This document shows positions 18,635-29,512 of a DNA stretch of 64,000 nt, piece by piece. The translations under genes and the position numbers were made by a program. Under the pieces are notes generated by a model that worked only from the letters and a program-made list of their open reading frames with translations, searched no databases and was not told the DNA's origin. The stretch's first letter is position 1. Each line of letters begins with the position of its first letter. This DNA comes from Candidatus Woesearchaeota archaeon (GTDB lineage: Archaea; Nanobdellota; Nanobdellia; UBA10117; ARS21): NCBI GenBank assembly GCA_964344705.1, contig CAYFOG010000003.1, positions 16,715-80,714 on the forward strand, in the 5' to 3' direction.

Positions 18635-19740
18635 TCTATTGCCTCCTGAGTAATTGGGTCAAATCGTTTCAAATCAATTTTTGTGGTTTTTCCAATTATA
18701 TTTGAGAATTCTTCAGAAGGTAATCCTCCGGCATATTGTTGCGGACGCATTGCATAAATCATTTCTTTTGTAATTGTAGTTCCGGCAGAAATATTTTGTC
18801 CGGCCATAAGTGACTTTCTGAATAATGGTCTGAAAACTGCTTCATCTTCATTAAGTGTTTTCTCAGTTTTTCCGAGACTTCTTTTTGTTGATTCAGAATT
18901 TAATATTTCTTGTTGTTTTTCTAAAGTTGATTCTAATTCTCTAATTCTAGAAACTAATTGCTTAAACTCTTCGGGAGTTTGTGAGACTTTATGATCTGCC
19001 CCATAGAAATCTCTTGATAAGGTGAAATGTTTTTCAATCACTTTGGATCCAAGTGCGACTGCAGCGACTGCTGCATCATTTTCGATTGAATGATCTGAAA
19101 ATCCAATTGGGATATCAAATTTTTCACTGTAAAATTTTATTGTGTTCAGATTTAGCTCTTCTGGAGGACAGGGATATTTGGATACGCAATGAAGTAGTAT
19201 TGGTGTTGTATTTTTTGATTTTAGAAAGTTGATTGCTTTTTCAGTTTCCTCGAGAGTTGACATTCCTGAGGAAAAAATTATTGGTTTTTTTGTTTCTGCC
19301 AAATAATCTAGAATTACAAAGTCAAGTATGTCTCCAGACCCTACTTTCCATACTTTGGGATTTAATTTGTTTAATCTCTTTGCTGCGCCCCGGCTCATTG
19401 GTGTTGACATGAACATTATTTTTTGTTCGTCGCAGAATTCTTTCAATGGTTTCCAAAATTCAAGAAAGGGTGTTGCGTGAGTGTTTCTAGAAACCCATGA
19501 ATATCTGTCTGATCCTTTTTTGGTGAAGTGTGGTGAAGTGAAATCAATGTTTAGTACTTCATCATGAACGTAATGAGTTTGGAATTTGACTGCATCTGCT
19601 CCGGCCTCTTTTGCTTTCAGAACAAGCTCTTTTGCATTGTCAAGATATTCTTCAACAGATCTGGATTCTTCAGTTTGAATAAAATTCTTTCCAATTTCGG
19701 CGATGATAAATGTGCGTGCTAGAAGTTTATCAAGTTCCAT
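18631..19740 (-). CDS. neuB: N-acetylneuraminate (nonulosonate) synthase, NeuB family with C-terminal SAF domain
   Basis: TIM-barrel motif GADAVKFQTHY plus a C-terminal SAF/antifreeze-like domain; 369 aa. Confidence 0.8.
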   Translation of the reverse strand: MELDKLLARTFIIAEIGKNFIQTEESRSVEEYLDNAKELVLKAKEAGADAVKFQTHYVHDEVLNIDFTSPHFTKKGSDRYSWVSRNTHATPFLEFWKPLKEFCDEQKIMFMSTPMSRGAAKRLNKLNPKVWKVGSGDILDFVILDYLAETKKPIIFSSGMSTLEETEKAINFLKSKNTTPILLHCVSKYPCPPEELNLNTIKFYSEKFDIPIGFSDHSIENDAAVAAVALGSKVIEKHFTLSRDFYGADHKVSQTPEEFKQLVSRIRELESTLEKQQEILNSESTKRSLGKTEKTLNEDEAVFRPLFRKSLMAGQNISAGTTITKEMIYAMRPQQYAGGLPSEEFSNIIGKTTKIDLKRFDPITQEAIE

Positions 19741-19787
19741 GAGTTTGGGTTGGAACTATCATTTTAAAGGTTATGAAAGAAAAATAG

Positions 19788-21173
19788 TTAGAGTCTTTTG
19801 AATTCTTTCTCAAACCCGTCTACTAGAAGTTTGGTGTTGTTTTGATCCTTCATGAATTTCTTATATTTTCCCACATAAAACGCCTGTCCGGGATGTGTTG
19901 CTTCAATAACTGCGTTTATGTATTTGTATTGCTGTTTAGTCGTTAGTTTCTTTTTGAGTGTTCTCGTTATTGCGTTTGGAAGTTCATAGAAATCTCTGAC
20001 TCTTTCAAAATAATCAAATATATCATAATATGCTCGCCCCAGAACGATTGTGGGTTTTTTGTGTAGTAATGCTTCCCATCCCGTATTTGAATTAATTGTT
20101 ATTACTCCTTTTGAATTCTTTAGAATGTCGTGAGTGTTGGTTTTTGTATTAATTAGTCTAACATTGTATAGTTTTTTTATTTTTCTTAATTCGGATATCT
20201 TGAATTCTCCTTCTCCATTTGGATGTTGTTTTACATATAATTTGTATTTTATTGGTAGATGTTTTGAAATTGATTCAATTAATTGAAATTGATTATAATA
20301 TTGTGGTGCTCGTAGAAGTATTTGTGCATCTCCGCTTCGATGTAATGGAAAATATAAATATTTTTCATTGAAATTTGGTGGTTCAGTCATATGTTTTGCA
20401 ATGGGTTTTCTTAATGGTCTGATGCTCTGTTCTTTTGCAATATGCCATAAATTTGCATAAGGATTCCTGAATTTTTCATATCGTGCATTGCTGTATATGC
20501 TTCTCACAAATGACGCTAGCTCGATTATTCCCGGTACTCTGAAAACATTGTATGTTAATTTCTTTTCTTTTTTTGTGGGAGTTAGATAGTTCTTAACTCG
20601 TTTTATTTGTTTTGTAGTCAATTTTTTGTTTTTGTTTTTCTTCCAGTATTTTGTTAACTCGTCCCATCGTCCGGCGGGATCTTTGACAGTTACAAATGTG
20701 TTTGGAATTGGATTAACTTTGTAAATCATTTGTATTGCTCTGAACCTTGGTGCAACACATCTCGGTACCAAATTTACAAATCTTTCTTGACCTCCGAGAA
20801 TTACGTCTGGTTTGTGTTTCTTCAAATATTCTTCCCAGAACTTGAAATGTTTTACCAAATCTTGGAATGCGTGTTTGCGTTTTTTTGAAGAGTAATTCTT
20901 GTCTGCAGTTAGAAGTAGGTTCATGTTTGTATTGTATTTGTCTTCATATTTTTCAAGCTCTTTTTGTAAATTATTGATTTTGTAGGTTTCAAACTTGTCA
21001 AGAATATTTTCAACGGTTTTCCCTCGTTGCTTTAGAAAATTTTCTGCCTTTTTTGAATAAGTGACGTTCTGGACCGTGTAACCTCTTGCTTCAAACTCTT
21101 CAGTTAGAACTAATTCTCGCTTTGCGAAAGTTAAGGAGTTTGATATGAATATGATTTTTTTTACTTTTTTCAT
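19788..21173 (-). CDS. KpsS/KpsC-like (Capsule_synth family) putative keto-sugar transferase
   Basis: 461 aa. The segment YLYFPLHRSGDAQIL resembles the conserved PLQ..DSQ core of KpsS/KpsC beta-Kdo transferases. The gene sits directly upstream of neuB-neuC-neuA. Confidence 0.4.
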   Translation of the reverse strand: MKKVKKIIFISNSLTFAKRELVLTEEFEARGYTVQNVTYSKKAENFLKQRGKTVENILDKFETYKINNLQKELEKYEDKYNTNMNLLLTADKNYSSKKRKHAFQDLVKHFKFWEEYLKKHKPDVILGGQERFVNLVPRCVAPRFRAIQMIYKVNPIPNTFVTVKDPAGRWDELTKYWKKNKNKKLTTKQIKRVKNYLTPTKKEKKLTYNVFRVPGIIELASFVRSIYSNARYEKFRNPYANLWHIAKEQSIRPLRKPIAKHMTEPPNFNEKYLYFPLHRSGDAQILLRAPQYYNQFQLIESISKHLPIKYKLYVKQHPNGEGEFKISELRKIKKLYNVRLINTKTNTHDILKNSKGVITINSNTGWEALLHKKPTIVLGRAYYDIFDYFERVRDFYELPNAITRTLKKKLTTKQQYKYINAVIEATHPGQAFYVGKYKKFMKDQNNTKLLVDGFEKEFKRL

Positions 21174-21212
21174 GGCGAATTTTGTTAATTGGAGTTATAA
21201 ATATTATGAAAT

Positions 21213-22484
21213 TTAATACTTCAGTCTGCTGAAATGTTTTTTCAATATTTTGTTGTTTATTGATGCCAGATTTTTGTTTAAGGTTTGAGATTTCAATATC
21301 TGCGCATTTGGCAGTTTTTTCAATTGTTTGTATCTGTTTTGTTGATCTTCCAAGTTTTGTTTGATAATTGTTTTTCTTCGTTTCTTGAGTTTTGTGATGT
21401 TGGTATCTATAATGAATGTTTGGTCTGGCTTTGGAAATAATCTCAAGAGCAATTTCATTATTATTGATTTCTCTGCGTAAGGATATTGCCCGTAAACATG
21501 GTAAAAATATCTGTCACAAATTACTAATTCTCTGTTTCGTAGTTTTGGATATATTTTTGTTAGATATGTTGTTAGATATTCAACAAATAAGTATGTGAAA
21601 AATAATTCGTATTTTAAACTGAATTTTGGTGTCTTTTCAACTGTTGCAGTTTTGTATAAAGCTTTCTTTGGTATTTTTTGTAATAGTTTTGTTAAAGGTA
21701 AGATTGGATTCCATCCAAAATAGAAATAATTTGCTTTGAGTTTTAATTTGTCAAACAATTTGTTGTATGTTTTTACTGACTCTTTGGAGAGTGTTGATTT
21801 TCCAGAACCGTTTGGTCCAATCAAAGCGATTAGTGCGCCTTTTCTTTTCGATGAACTCCGTTTTGTGAAGAATTGTATTAATTGCTTTGTAAGAAGCATT
21901 TGAGTCTTTATATTTAAGATTGGTTTTATTGGTAGTGTTAGTTTTTTTTCATTGATTAGTTTGTAAAAATTTCTTTTCCAGCCATATTTTTCTAATTGTG
22001 AGTTTATGTACTCATAGTCTAAGTTTTTGTTTTTGAAAATCTTTTTTTCGGTTGGAGTTATTTTTCTATTTTCAAATAATATGTGTGCAGCATGAATCAA
22101 AACTTGGTCCTCTTTGCTTGGAATTTTCACTAGTGGATTTAATTGCTTGGCTCTTTGAGTGACTTTTTCTTGGTTCAAGGCTTTTATTCCGAGCCATGCA
22201 ATTCTACGATGCAAATGTAAAATAATTATGAAATTTTTCTCAAATTTTACCATCATTGTTTTGAAAGGTTCATTCTTTTCAGTCAGATAAATTTGATATT
22301 TATTTTTTTGAAGAACTTTCATTGCTTGTTTGTAGTCTTTGTTATTTTGGAATAAAATATCAAGTCCTCCGATTGGAGTGTTATGTTTTTCAGTCTGTTT
22401 GAAAAGATTGTAATCTATTTTTGATTTATTGAAAAGCGTGAGTGGAAGTTTGTATATTTCGGGAATTTTGTATTCTACAAGCAT
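21213..22484 (-). CDS. two-domain protein: N-terminal LicD/nucleotidyltransferase-like domain plus C-terminal P-loop kinase
   Basis: N-terminal G(G)LDILF plus an HLH motif; Walker A LIALIGPNGSGKSTL at about residue 215. Paralogous in architecture to the 25339-26604 protein. Confidence 0.45.
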   Translation of the reverse strand: MLVEYKIPEIYKLPLTLFNKSKIDYNLFKQTEKHNTPIGGLDILFQNNKDYKQAMKVLQKNKYQIYLTEKNEPFKTMMVKFEKNFIIILHLHRRIAWLGIKALNQEKVTQRAKQLNPLVKIPSKEDQVLIHAAHILFENRKITPTEKKIFKNKNLDYEYINSQLEKYGWKRNFYKLINEKKLTLPIKPILNIKTQMLLTKQLIQFFTKRSSSKRKGALIALIGPNGSGKSTLSKESVKTYNKLFDKLKLKANYFYFGWNPILPLTKLLQKIPKKALYKTATVEKTPKFSLKYELFFTYLFVEYLTTYLTKIYPKLRNRELVICDRYFYHVYGQYPYAEKSIIMKLLLRLFPKPDQTFIIDTNITKLKKRRKTIIKQNLEDQQNRYKQLKKLPNAQILKSQTLNKNLASINNKILKKHFSRLKY

Positions 22485-22535
22485 TTCTGGTTTCTTCCAA
22501 TATGTTTTATAAATTGTGTTAAATTGTGTTCTATT

Positions 22536-24260
22536 TTATTTGTAGATTGTTGCTAACGTTTGTACTTTTCGTCCAAGCAGTAGGTTAAATATTGTTTTGA
22601 ATGGTTTATTCTTTCTTAATAAGAATTGGTAATCTTGTACTTCTACTTTTTTACCGGAACAATATTCTAATAGTCCTTTCCAATGTTCTTTAGTTAATAA
22701 TCTTTCATTTCCAAAATCTTTTTCAGGATAATTGTTGTTTGGAATGCTTATTATTACTGCTTTTCTTGAAACTCTTAATTGTTCGTCCAAAAGTTTCTTT
22801 ATTTCGCTATTACTAAAGTGTTCAAAGAATCCTTGAGAGATAGTTACGTCAAATTCGTTTTTCTTGAAAGGTAACTTGAATGCATCTGCGTACTTTAATT
22901 TGAGTTTGCCGTTGAATTCCTTGTTATTTTCTGAAACAGATCTTAATATTTCTTTGTCATTATCTATTGACGTTACTTTGTGCCCTAAATGAGATAACAA
23001 TATTCCCATTACGCCCGTTCCTGAACCTACTTCCAATATCTTTTTTGGTTTTTGTGAAATTATCTTATCAAATAATTCGGCGTGGTAATAGTTTCCAAGA
23101 AACTCCTTTAATGTTATTTTTTCTTTATAGTAGTCTCCCCAGGTTTTTTCTTTCTTTTTTGTTAAATCTTGGTAGATATTTAGCGTTTTTCTTGCAGTTT
23201 CTTTCCAACTAAACTTCTTGGATTGTTTTAATCCCGACTTAATGAGTTTATTTCTTAGTCGTTTGTCTGTTATTAGTGATTCCATTGCTTTTTGAATTTG
23301 TTTTGTATTGTTTGGATTTATTAGGATTGCGGCATCTTCTACTACTTCGAGTAGACTTGAATTATTTGAAGTTATTACGGGACATTTACAGCTCATTGCT
23401 TCCAGAGGAGGGAGCCCAAAACCTTCATATAAAGAAGGATAAACAAACATCTTTGCATTTGAATATATTTCTGGAAGTTCGCTTGTTTTTACATTTTCCA
23501 AAAAAGTTATTTTTTTTCCTAAGTTCTCAGTCTTTACTAATTCAAATATTTGTTCATATTTCCAACCTTTTCTTCCGACTATCAATAATTGTTCATTCGG
23601 ATTTTTTGCTACCACTTTTGAGAATGCTTTTATCAAATTAGTTATATTTTTTCTAGGTTCCAATGTTCCCACGAACAGGATATAATCTTTGTTCAGTTTA
23701 TACTTCTTCAAGGTTTGATTTGATTTGGTTGGTTTGAAAATTTTGTTTGTTGCGAGCAAAGTTACATCTATTTTTTCATTAACTATTCCTAATTGTTTAT
23801 GTACGTCTTTTTTTGTTGATTCACTTATTGTAATTATCTTTTCGTTTCTTCTCGAGATTATTGGTAACGCAAATTTGTGATGAATTGTTGAAAATTTTGG
23901 TTGTGTTTCTGGAACTACTAACGGTACTAAGTCACAAATTGTTGTTATCTTCTTGTATTTTGAAGGTAGTAAGAATGGACCTATTTGTGCTGTTTCATGA
24001 ACAATAGTTAAATTGTGGTTTCTCAACCTGAACGGAATCTCGATTAATTTTCTGAATTCTCTTGCAAAAGGTATTTTTCTAATAGGTATAATTATTTCAT
24101 TTTTGTTTTTGTAAAGAAGGTCCTTGTTTAATTTGTTGTGAATTAAATAATATTCATTATTCTTATCTAATTTGTGTAGCTCCTCGACCAAATTTCTCAC
24201 ATAGGTCGCTATTCCTGCAGCACCATCGTCGATTGCGTCAGTTATTATTCCGATTTTCAT
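22536..24260 (-). CDS. GT4 glycosyltransferase fused to a C-terminal class I SAM-dependent methyltransferase
   Basis: GT-B C-terminal motif EGFGLPPLEAMSCKCPVITS in the first 360 aa, then ILEVGSGTGVMGILLSHLGHKVTSIDND (MTase motif I); 574 aa. Confidence 0.7.
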   Translation of the reverse strand: MKIGIITDAIDDGAAGIATYVRNLVEELHKLDKNNEYYLIHNKLNKDLLYKNKNEIIIPIRKIPFAREFRKLIEIPFRLRNHNLTIVHETAQIGPFLLPSKYKKITTICDLVPLVVPETQPKFSTIHHKFALPIISRRNEKIITISESTKKDVHKQLGIVNEKIDVTLLATNKIFKPTKSNQTLKKYKLNKDYILFVGTLEPRKNITNLIKAFSKVVAKNPNEQLLIVGRKGWKYEQIFELVKTENLGKKITFLENVKTSELPEIYSNAKMFVYPSLYEGFGLPPLEAMSCKCPVITSNNSSLLEVVEDAAILINPNNTKQIQKAMESLITDKRLRNKLIKSGLKQSKKFSWKETARKTLNIYQDLTKKKEKTWGDYYKEKITLKEFLGNYYHAELFDKIISQKPKKILEVGSGTGVMGILLSHLGHKVTSIDNDKEILRSVSENNKEFNGKLKLKYADAFKLPFKKNEFDVTISQGFFEHFSNSEIKKLLDEQLRVSRKAVIISIPNNNYPEKDFGNERLLTKEHWKGLLEYCSGKKVEVQDYQFLLRKNKPFKTIFNLLLGRKVQTLATIYK

Positions 24261-24284
24261 ATTTTATCAATTAATTAAGGATTG

Positions 24285-25241
<957 letters not shown>

Positions 25242-25338
25242 CTATTGGAGTTGTATGTGAATTTAAAAGTTTAATTAAACTAAGTTCAATAAACAATGTC
25301 TTTGCTAAACCTTAAAAGATTTGTTTTGATGGCTAAAC

Positions 25339-26604
25339 ATGAGTTCACGTAAGAATGCTCTTAGAATTCTTAGGAAATTTGGCCAGAGCAAAGTTAATTA
25401 TGCGATTATGCGTAATTGGGAATTTTTGACTAAAGATGTTCGTCTTGGAAAAGATATTGACATTGTTATTGATTCAAAGAGCGTAGGTAAAGCTGGAAAA
25501 ATTTTGCTCAAAGAAGGTTTTGTTCGTGAGAAAATATCTCCCTACTCTCATCACTTTGGATATGCTAAATATTTTTCAAAGGAATTGAAGTTGGTTAAGT
25601 TTCATTTCCATGTTGGAGGAATAAGTGGCCGTCATGTGACTTATTTGTCTGCTGAGCAAATATTGCGTCGTCGAGAAAGGATTGGGAAATATTATGTTTT
25701 GTCTCCTGAAGATTTGTATATTTCGTTGGTTTTACATTCTCCTGGAAGCAAAAGATATTCTAAAGTTGTAAACAAGTTGAAAAAGCTTGACAAAGAATAT
25801 TTGAGAGTTAATTTGATTGATATTTTTGGAACTTCGCTTGGAACAAAAGTTTTTGAAAGTAAGTTTTCAGATTTAAGGAACTTAAAGACACAAATCCGCG
25901 GTAAAGTGTCTTTGGGTGATCCAATTGGCGCGATTTATATCCTTGGAATGTCTGTAATTTGGTATATTCCAAAACTTATTCGTGGTTCTCCAGTTGTAAG
26001 CTTTATTGGGATGGATGGTTCTGGAAAAACTACTGCAACTTCTAAGATGATTGAGCTCTTGAAGGAGCATCGGATAAAAAGTGAGTTGGTTTATGTGGGT
26101 CGAGGTAGAGGAAATATTCTTCCGATTCAATTTTTTGGTAGAAAGTACAAACGTAGAGAGAAACAGATTGATTCTAAGTCAAAAAAGAATAAGGATATTA
26201 AATTTTCAAGAAAAGTTTTGTACTCTTTGGCTGCGCCGGTGTTTTACTTGGACTTTTTGTTAAGATATTTCAGAGTTTTTGTTGCTCGACGAACTAAGAA
26301 AGTTGTAATCACAGATAGATTTGCAACGGACTTCTTGATTATGAAGAATGTTCCGTTGTGGTTGAGAAATTTATTGTATATTTTGTCTCCGAAACCCAAC
26401 GCAGTTATTTATTTGTATAATTCTCCAAGGCTCTTGTATAAACGAAAACCGGGTCACCCGGCAGGTGATTTAGAGCGTCAAGAAAAATTATATGCTTCGG
26501 TTCTTAGAAAAGTGAAAAAAGTTCACAGAGTTAAAAGTTTGAATGAGTGTCAAACAATCCAAGATGTTTCAGAAATTATTTTTGGTGAGATAATTTCAAA
26601 TTAA
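25339..26604 (+). CDS. two-domain protein: N-terminal LicD/nucleotidyltransferase-like domain plus C-terminal thymidylate-kinase-like P-loop kinase
   Basis: N-terminal RLGKDIDIVID (GxDxD NTase-like) plus an FHFHVGG motif; Walker A SFIGMDGSGKTT (Tmk-type GxDGxGKTT). Confidence 0.45.
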   Translation: MSSRKNALRILRKFGQSKVNYAIMRNWEFLTKDVRLGKDIDIVIDSKSVGKAGKILLKEGFVREKISPYSHHFGYAKYFSKELKLVKFHFHVGGISGRHVTYLSAEQILRRRERIGKYYVLSPEDLYISLVLHSPGSKRYSKVVNKLKKLDKEYLRVNLIDIFGTSLGTKVFESKFSDLRNLKTQIRGKVSLGDPIGAIYILGMSVIWYIPKLIRGSPVVSFIGMDGSGKTTATSKMIELLKEHRIKSELVYVGRGRGNILPIQFFGRKYKRREKQIDSKSKKNKDIKFSRKVLYSLAAPVFYLDFLLRYFRVFVARRTKKVVITDRFATDFLIMKNVPLWLRNLLYILSPKPNAVIYLYNSPRLLYKRKPGHPAGDLERQEKLYASVLRKVKKVHRVKSLNECQTIQDVSEIIFGEIISN

Positions 26605-27610
26605 AGCTTTTGTAGAGTTTCAAATAATTTTCATTCATCTGCTTTTCATCGTACAGTTTTTTTACTCGCGCTCTTGCAGATTTTCCAAGGCGTTTCTGAA
26701 GTTTTGGATTTGATTTTAGCTTCTTAACTGCTGAGGTAATTTGCTTTGGTGAGTAAGTATCAACACATATTGCTGTATTTCCTACAATCTCCTTTATGTG
26801 TGGAAGGTTTGTTGTTATTATTGGTTTTCCACAAGACATTGTTTCAATTAAAGTGAGTGGAATTCCAATTGAAGAAACGTCTGATCGGAAAGGTAACACG
26901 ATTATGTCTGATTTATTGTAATCTTTGACTATGTTTTTGCTTGGTCCGTAAACTTTGATTCTTTCGTTGTGTTTCTTTGCGTAGCTTTCCGTTTTTTCTG
27001 AATACTGTGTTAGGTGTAAATTTAGATTTAGCTCTTTATCATCTAACAATTTGAAGGCTTTTACTGCGTCTGGAAAACCTTTGAGTGGTGTGTTATGTCC
27101 AAAATACGCTAAAGTTAATTTTTTGTTCTTTGATGTTTTAGTTGGTTTGAATTTGTTTGTGTCTATTCCTAACCGAATTAGTTTTGTGTTTGGAAGATTT
27201 AGTTTGTTTTTGAGATATTTTGTTGGAACTACAATTGTGTTCATCTTGCTTATTGCTCGGGTTTTGAAAGTGAGAGGTATGAAATTAGTTATTGTTGCAG
27301 GAATCATTCTTAATAAATATGTAATTTTTGATTTTTCATAGAATTTTAAGTATTCAAGTATATATCTTAAATATTCCAGAGGATTGCTTGCTAGATTTGA
27401 GTGTAATGAATATATTGCTTTATCTGAAATGTTCTTGTTTGTTAGTGCTGGAAGAAATCCTGAAGTATGTATATGATATAAATCTGCAGAATTTCCGTTG
27501 TGAGTTATTTTGTACTTCTTTTTCTGCATATAGTTTTTGATTTCTGATTGAATTTGTACTAATCCTTCTGCTTTGAAATCTTTGAAATCTCCAATAAACG
27601 ATACTTTCAT
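26576..27610 (-). CDS. GT4-family glycosyltransferase
   Basis: ...GIPLTLIETMSCGKPIITT... GT-B C-terminal motif; last gene of the heptose operon, with a 4-nt overlap to the upstream GT9. Confidence 0.65.
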   Translation of the reverse strand: MKVSFIGDFKDFKAEGLVQIQSEIKNYMQKKKYKITHNGNSADLYHIHTSGFLPALTNKNISDKAIYSLHSNLASNPLEYLRYILEYLKFYEKSKITYLLRMIPATITNFIPLTFKTRAISKMNTIVVPTKYLKNKLNLPNTKLIRLGIDTNKFKPTKTSKNKKLTLAYFGHNTPLKGFPDAVKAFKLLDDKELNLNLHLTQYSEKTESYAKKHNERIKVYGPSKNIVKDYNKSDIIVLPFRSDVSSIGIPLTLIETMSCGKPIITTNLPHIKEIVGNTAICVDTYSPKQITSAVKKLKSNPKLQKRLGKSARARVKKLYDEKQMNENYLKLYKSFNLKLSHQK

Positions 27611-28602
27611 CTCAATTCCCTCAAAACATCAGCTAATTTTATTTTATTCAGCTCTTTTCCGTTTCCAAAATATTTTCCCCTGTTGTTGTAACTTGGTGCT
27701 TTTTGCTTCCAGATTACTTTGCTTCCTTTGTTTAACGGCCCGAGTCGCTTTGGATCAGTTGGTCCAAACAGCGCGATTACATTGTTGTTGACTGCTGATG
27801 CCATGTGCATTGGTCCAGAATCATTACAAATTATTTTGTTACACTTGGCCATTAATGCTACGCTTTGGTGAAGTGTTGTTGTTCCTATTACTGAGTTTAC
27901 TGTTTTGGATTTTAGTATTTCTTCTTCTTTGTCTTTGTCCGTTGGTCCACCGAGCAAAAGTATTGGTTGCTTAATCTTTTTCACAAGCTCAACATACTTT
28001 TTGATATTCCAGATTTTTGCGTTTAGTGTTTGGCCGGGGTTGTCGCCTCCGCCAGGACATATTCCAATCGTGTTCTTTGTTAGTTTATGAGTTCTAAAGA
28101 ATTTGTTTGCAAAGTTTTTGTCTTCTTTTGTGAGGATTAAATCTAGTTTTGTATCATAATAGTTTGGTTCAAAGTTTAGTGCATTGAGTTGGTTTAGATA
28201 ATAATAGATATCGTGCCGTCTTCGGCCATAATGTATTTTGTGTGTTAATCCGTACCCTTCTTTTCCGTTTCTGTCAAATCCAATTCGCGTTGGAATGTTA
28301 AACAGCCGTGCAGTTAGGTTGAATATCCAATGCCGGTCAAGAACGAAGATTATGTCGTAGTTATCTTCTCGGATTCCCGCGATTAGGTTAATTAGTTTGA
28401 GTGGTTTCTTCTTGAAGAACATTGCTTCATCAAATTTTATTATGTTGTTGATGTTTGGGTTGTTTAGAAGTGCTTGTGAAGCAGACTTTCCGACTAGATA
28501 ATCTATTCTTGCTTTGGGGTGCGTTTGTCGAAGTTGTCTGACTAAGGGTGTGGTCATTAACGTATCTCCAATTGCTCCTATCTTAAACAATAATATTTTC
28601 AT
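27607..28602 (-). CDS. GT9 ADP-heptose:acceptor heptosyltransferase (WaaC/WaaF-like)
   Basis: N-terminal ILLFKIGAIGDTLMTTPLVRQLRQ..P.A.IDYLV is the GT9 heptosyltransferase signature; 331 aa. Confidence 0.75.
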   Translation of the reverse strand: MKILLFKIGAIGDTLMTTPLVRQLRQTHPKARIDYLVGKSASQALLNNPNINNIIKFDEAMFFKKKPLKLINLIAGIREDNYDIIFVLDRHWIFNLTARLFNIPTRIGFDRNGKEGYGLTHKIHYGRRRHDIYYYLNQLNALNFEPNYYDTKLDLILTKEDKNFANKFFRTHKLTKNTIGICPGGGDNPGQTLNAKIWNIKKYVELVKKIKQPILLLGGPTDKDKEEEILKSKTVNSVIGTTTLHQSVALMAKCNKIICNDSGPMHMASAVNNNVIALFGPTDPKRLGPLNKGSKVIWKQKAPSYNNRGKYFGNGKELNKIKLADVLRELR

Positions 28603-29512
28603 TTGCTTTTATCCATTCAATATATTCTTTTATTCCGCTTTCCAAATTGTATTTGGATTTGTAGTTTGGCAAAAAGTTGTTTGTGTCTGCTTGTGTGAAC
28701 TCTTGGTAGAATTTGTATGGGTTGTCAATGTATTCTGGTTCGAGGTTTGTGCCTAAGTTTTTGTTTAATTCTTCAACGATTTTATTGAAATCTTCGGGGG
28801 TTCCAGTTGCTACGTTGTATATTCCGGACGGTGCGTTCATTGCGATTATGTTTGACTCAACTATGTCTTTGATATAAACAAAATCTCGTTTCTGTTGTCC
28901 GTGTTTGAATATTTTTGGTTTATTTCCCTCTTTCATCTGCAAGTATAGTTGCCAAATCATTGATGACATCTTTGTTTCCATTTTGTAAGTCTCTCTCGGT
29001 CCGTAGACATTGAAGTATCTTAGTCCAACAATGTGAGTGTTTGGATTTTCCTTTAGAGTTTGTCTTGCTATATTGTCGCAAGATAGTTTTGAGTATCCGT
29101 ATATGTTTGCAGGAAATTCGCCTTTCCCAACTGTGTTTGGTGGTACTGTTAATCCGTATGTTGCTCCAGAAGAGGCATAGATAAGTTTGATATTATTTTT
29201 CACACAGTGATTGATTAGTCGCTTTGTTACATTTGTGTTGATTTCCATCACAAGCTTTTGGTCGGTTTCTGTTGTGACAACTTGTGCGCCTTGGTGGAAG
29301 ATTGTTGTTGGTTTATCCAACGCGTTCCAATCAAATTCTCGCAAGTCGGAAGTTATTACTTCACCATTGAAACCGTACAAGTTCTTGAAGTGTCCTGTGC
29401 TGAAGTCATCAATAACAGTTATCTTTGCTTTAGGATATATTTCTTGCAGCTCTAATGCTAAGTTGGAACCTATAAACCCCGCACCTCCCGTTACTACAAA
29501 GTGTTCAACCAT
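28583..29512 (-). CDS. hldD: ADP-L-glycero-D-manno-heptose 6-epimerase (HldD/RfaD-like SDR)
   Basis: [18 protein letters not shown]...VIDDFSTG plus a YGYSK catalytic motif; embedded between hldE and GT9. Confidence 0.7.
   Translation of the reverse strand: MVEHFVVTGGAGFIGSNLALELQEIYPKAKITVIDDFSTGHFKNLYGFNGEVITSDLREFDWNALDKPTTIFHQGAQVVTTETDQKLVMEINTNVTKRLINHCVKNNIKLIYASSGATYGLTVPPNTVGKGEFPANIYGYSKLSCDNIARQTLKENPNTHIVGLRYFNVYGPRETYKMETKMSSMIWQLYLQMKEGNKPKIFKHGQQKRDFVYIKDIVESNIIAMNAPSGIYNVATGTPEDFNKIVEELNKNLGTNLEPEYIDNPYKFYQEFTQADTNNFLPNYKSKYNLESGIKEYIEWIKANENIIV

Noticed and set aside
22485-22535. Short tandem AAATTGTGTT AAATTGTGTT in an intergenic spacer
   Set aside because: It is only two 10-nt units in AT-rich DNA and is likely chance or trivial slippage.
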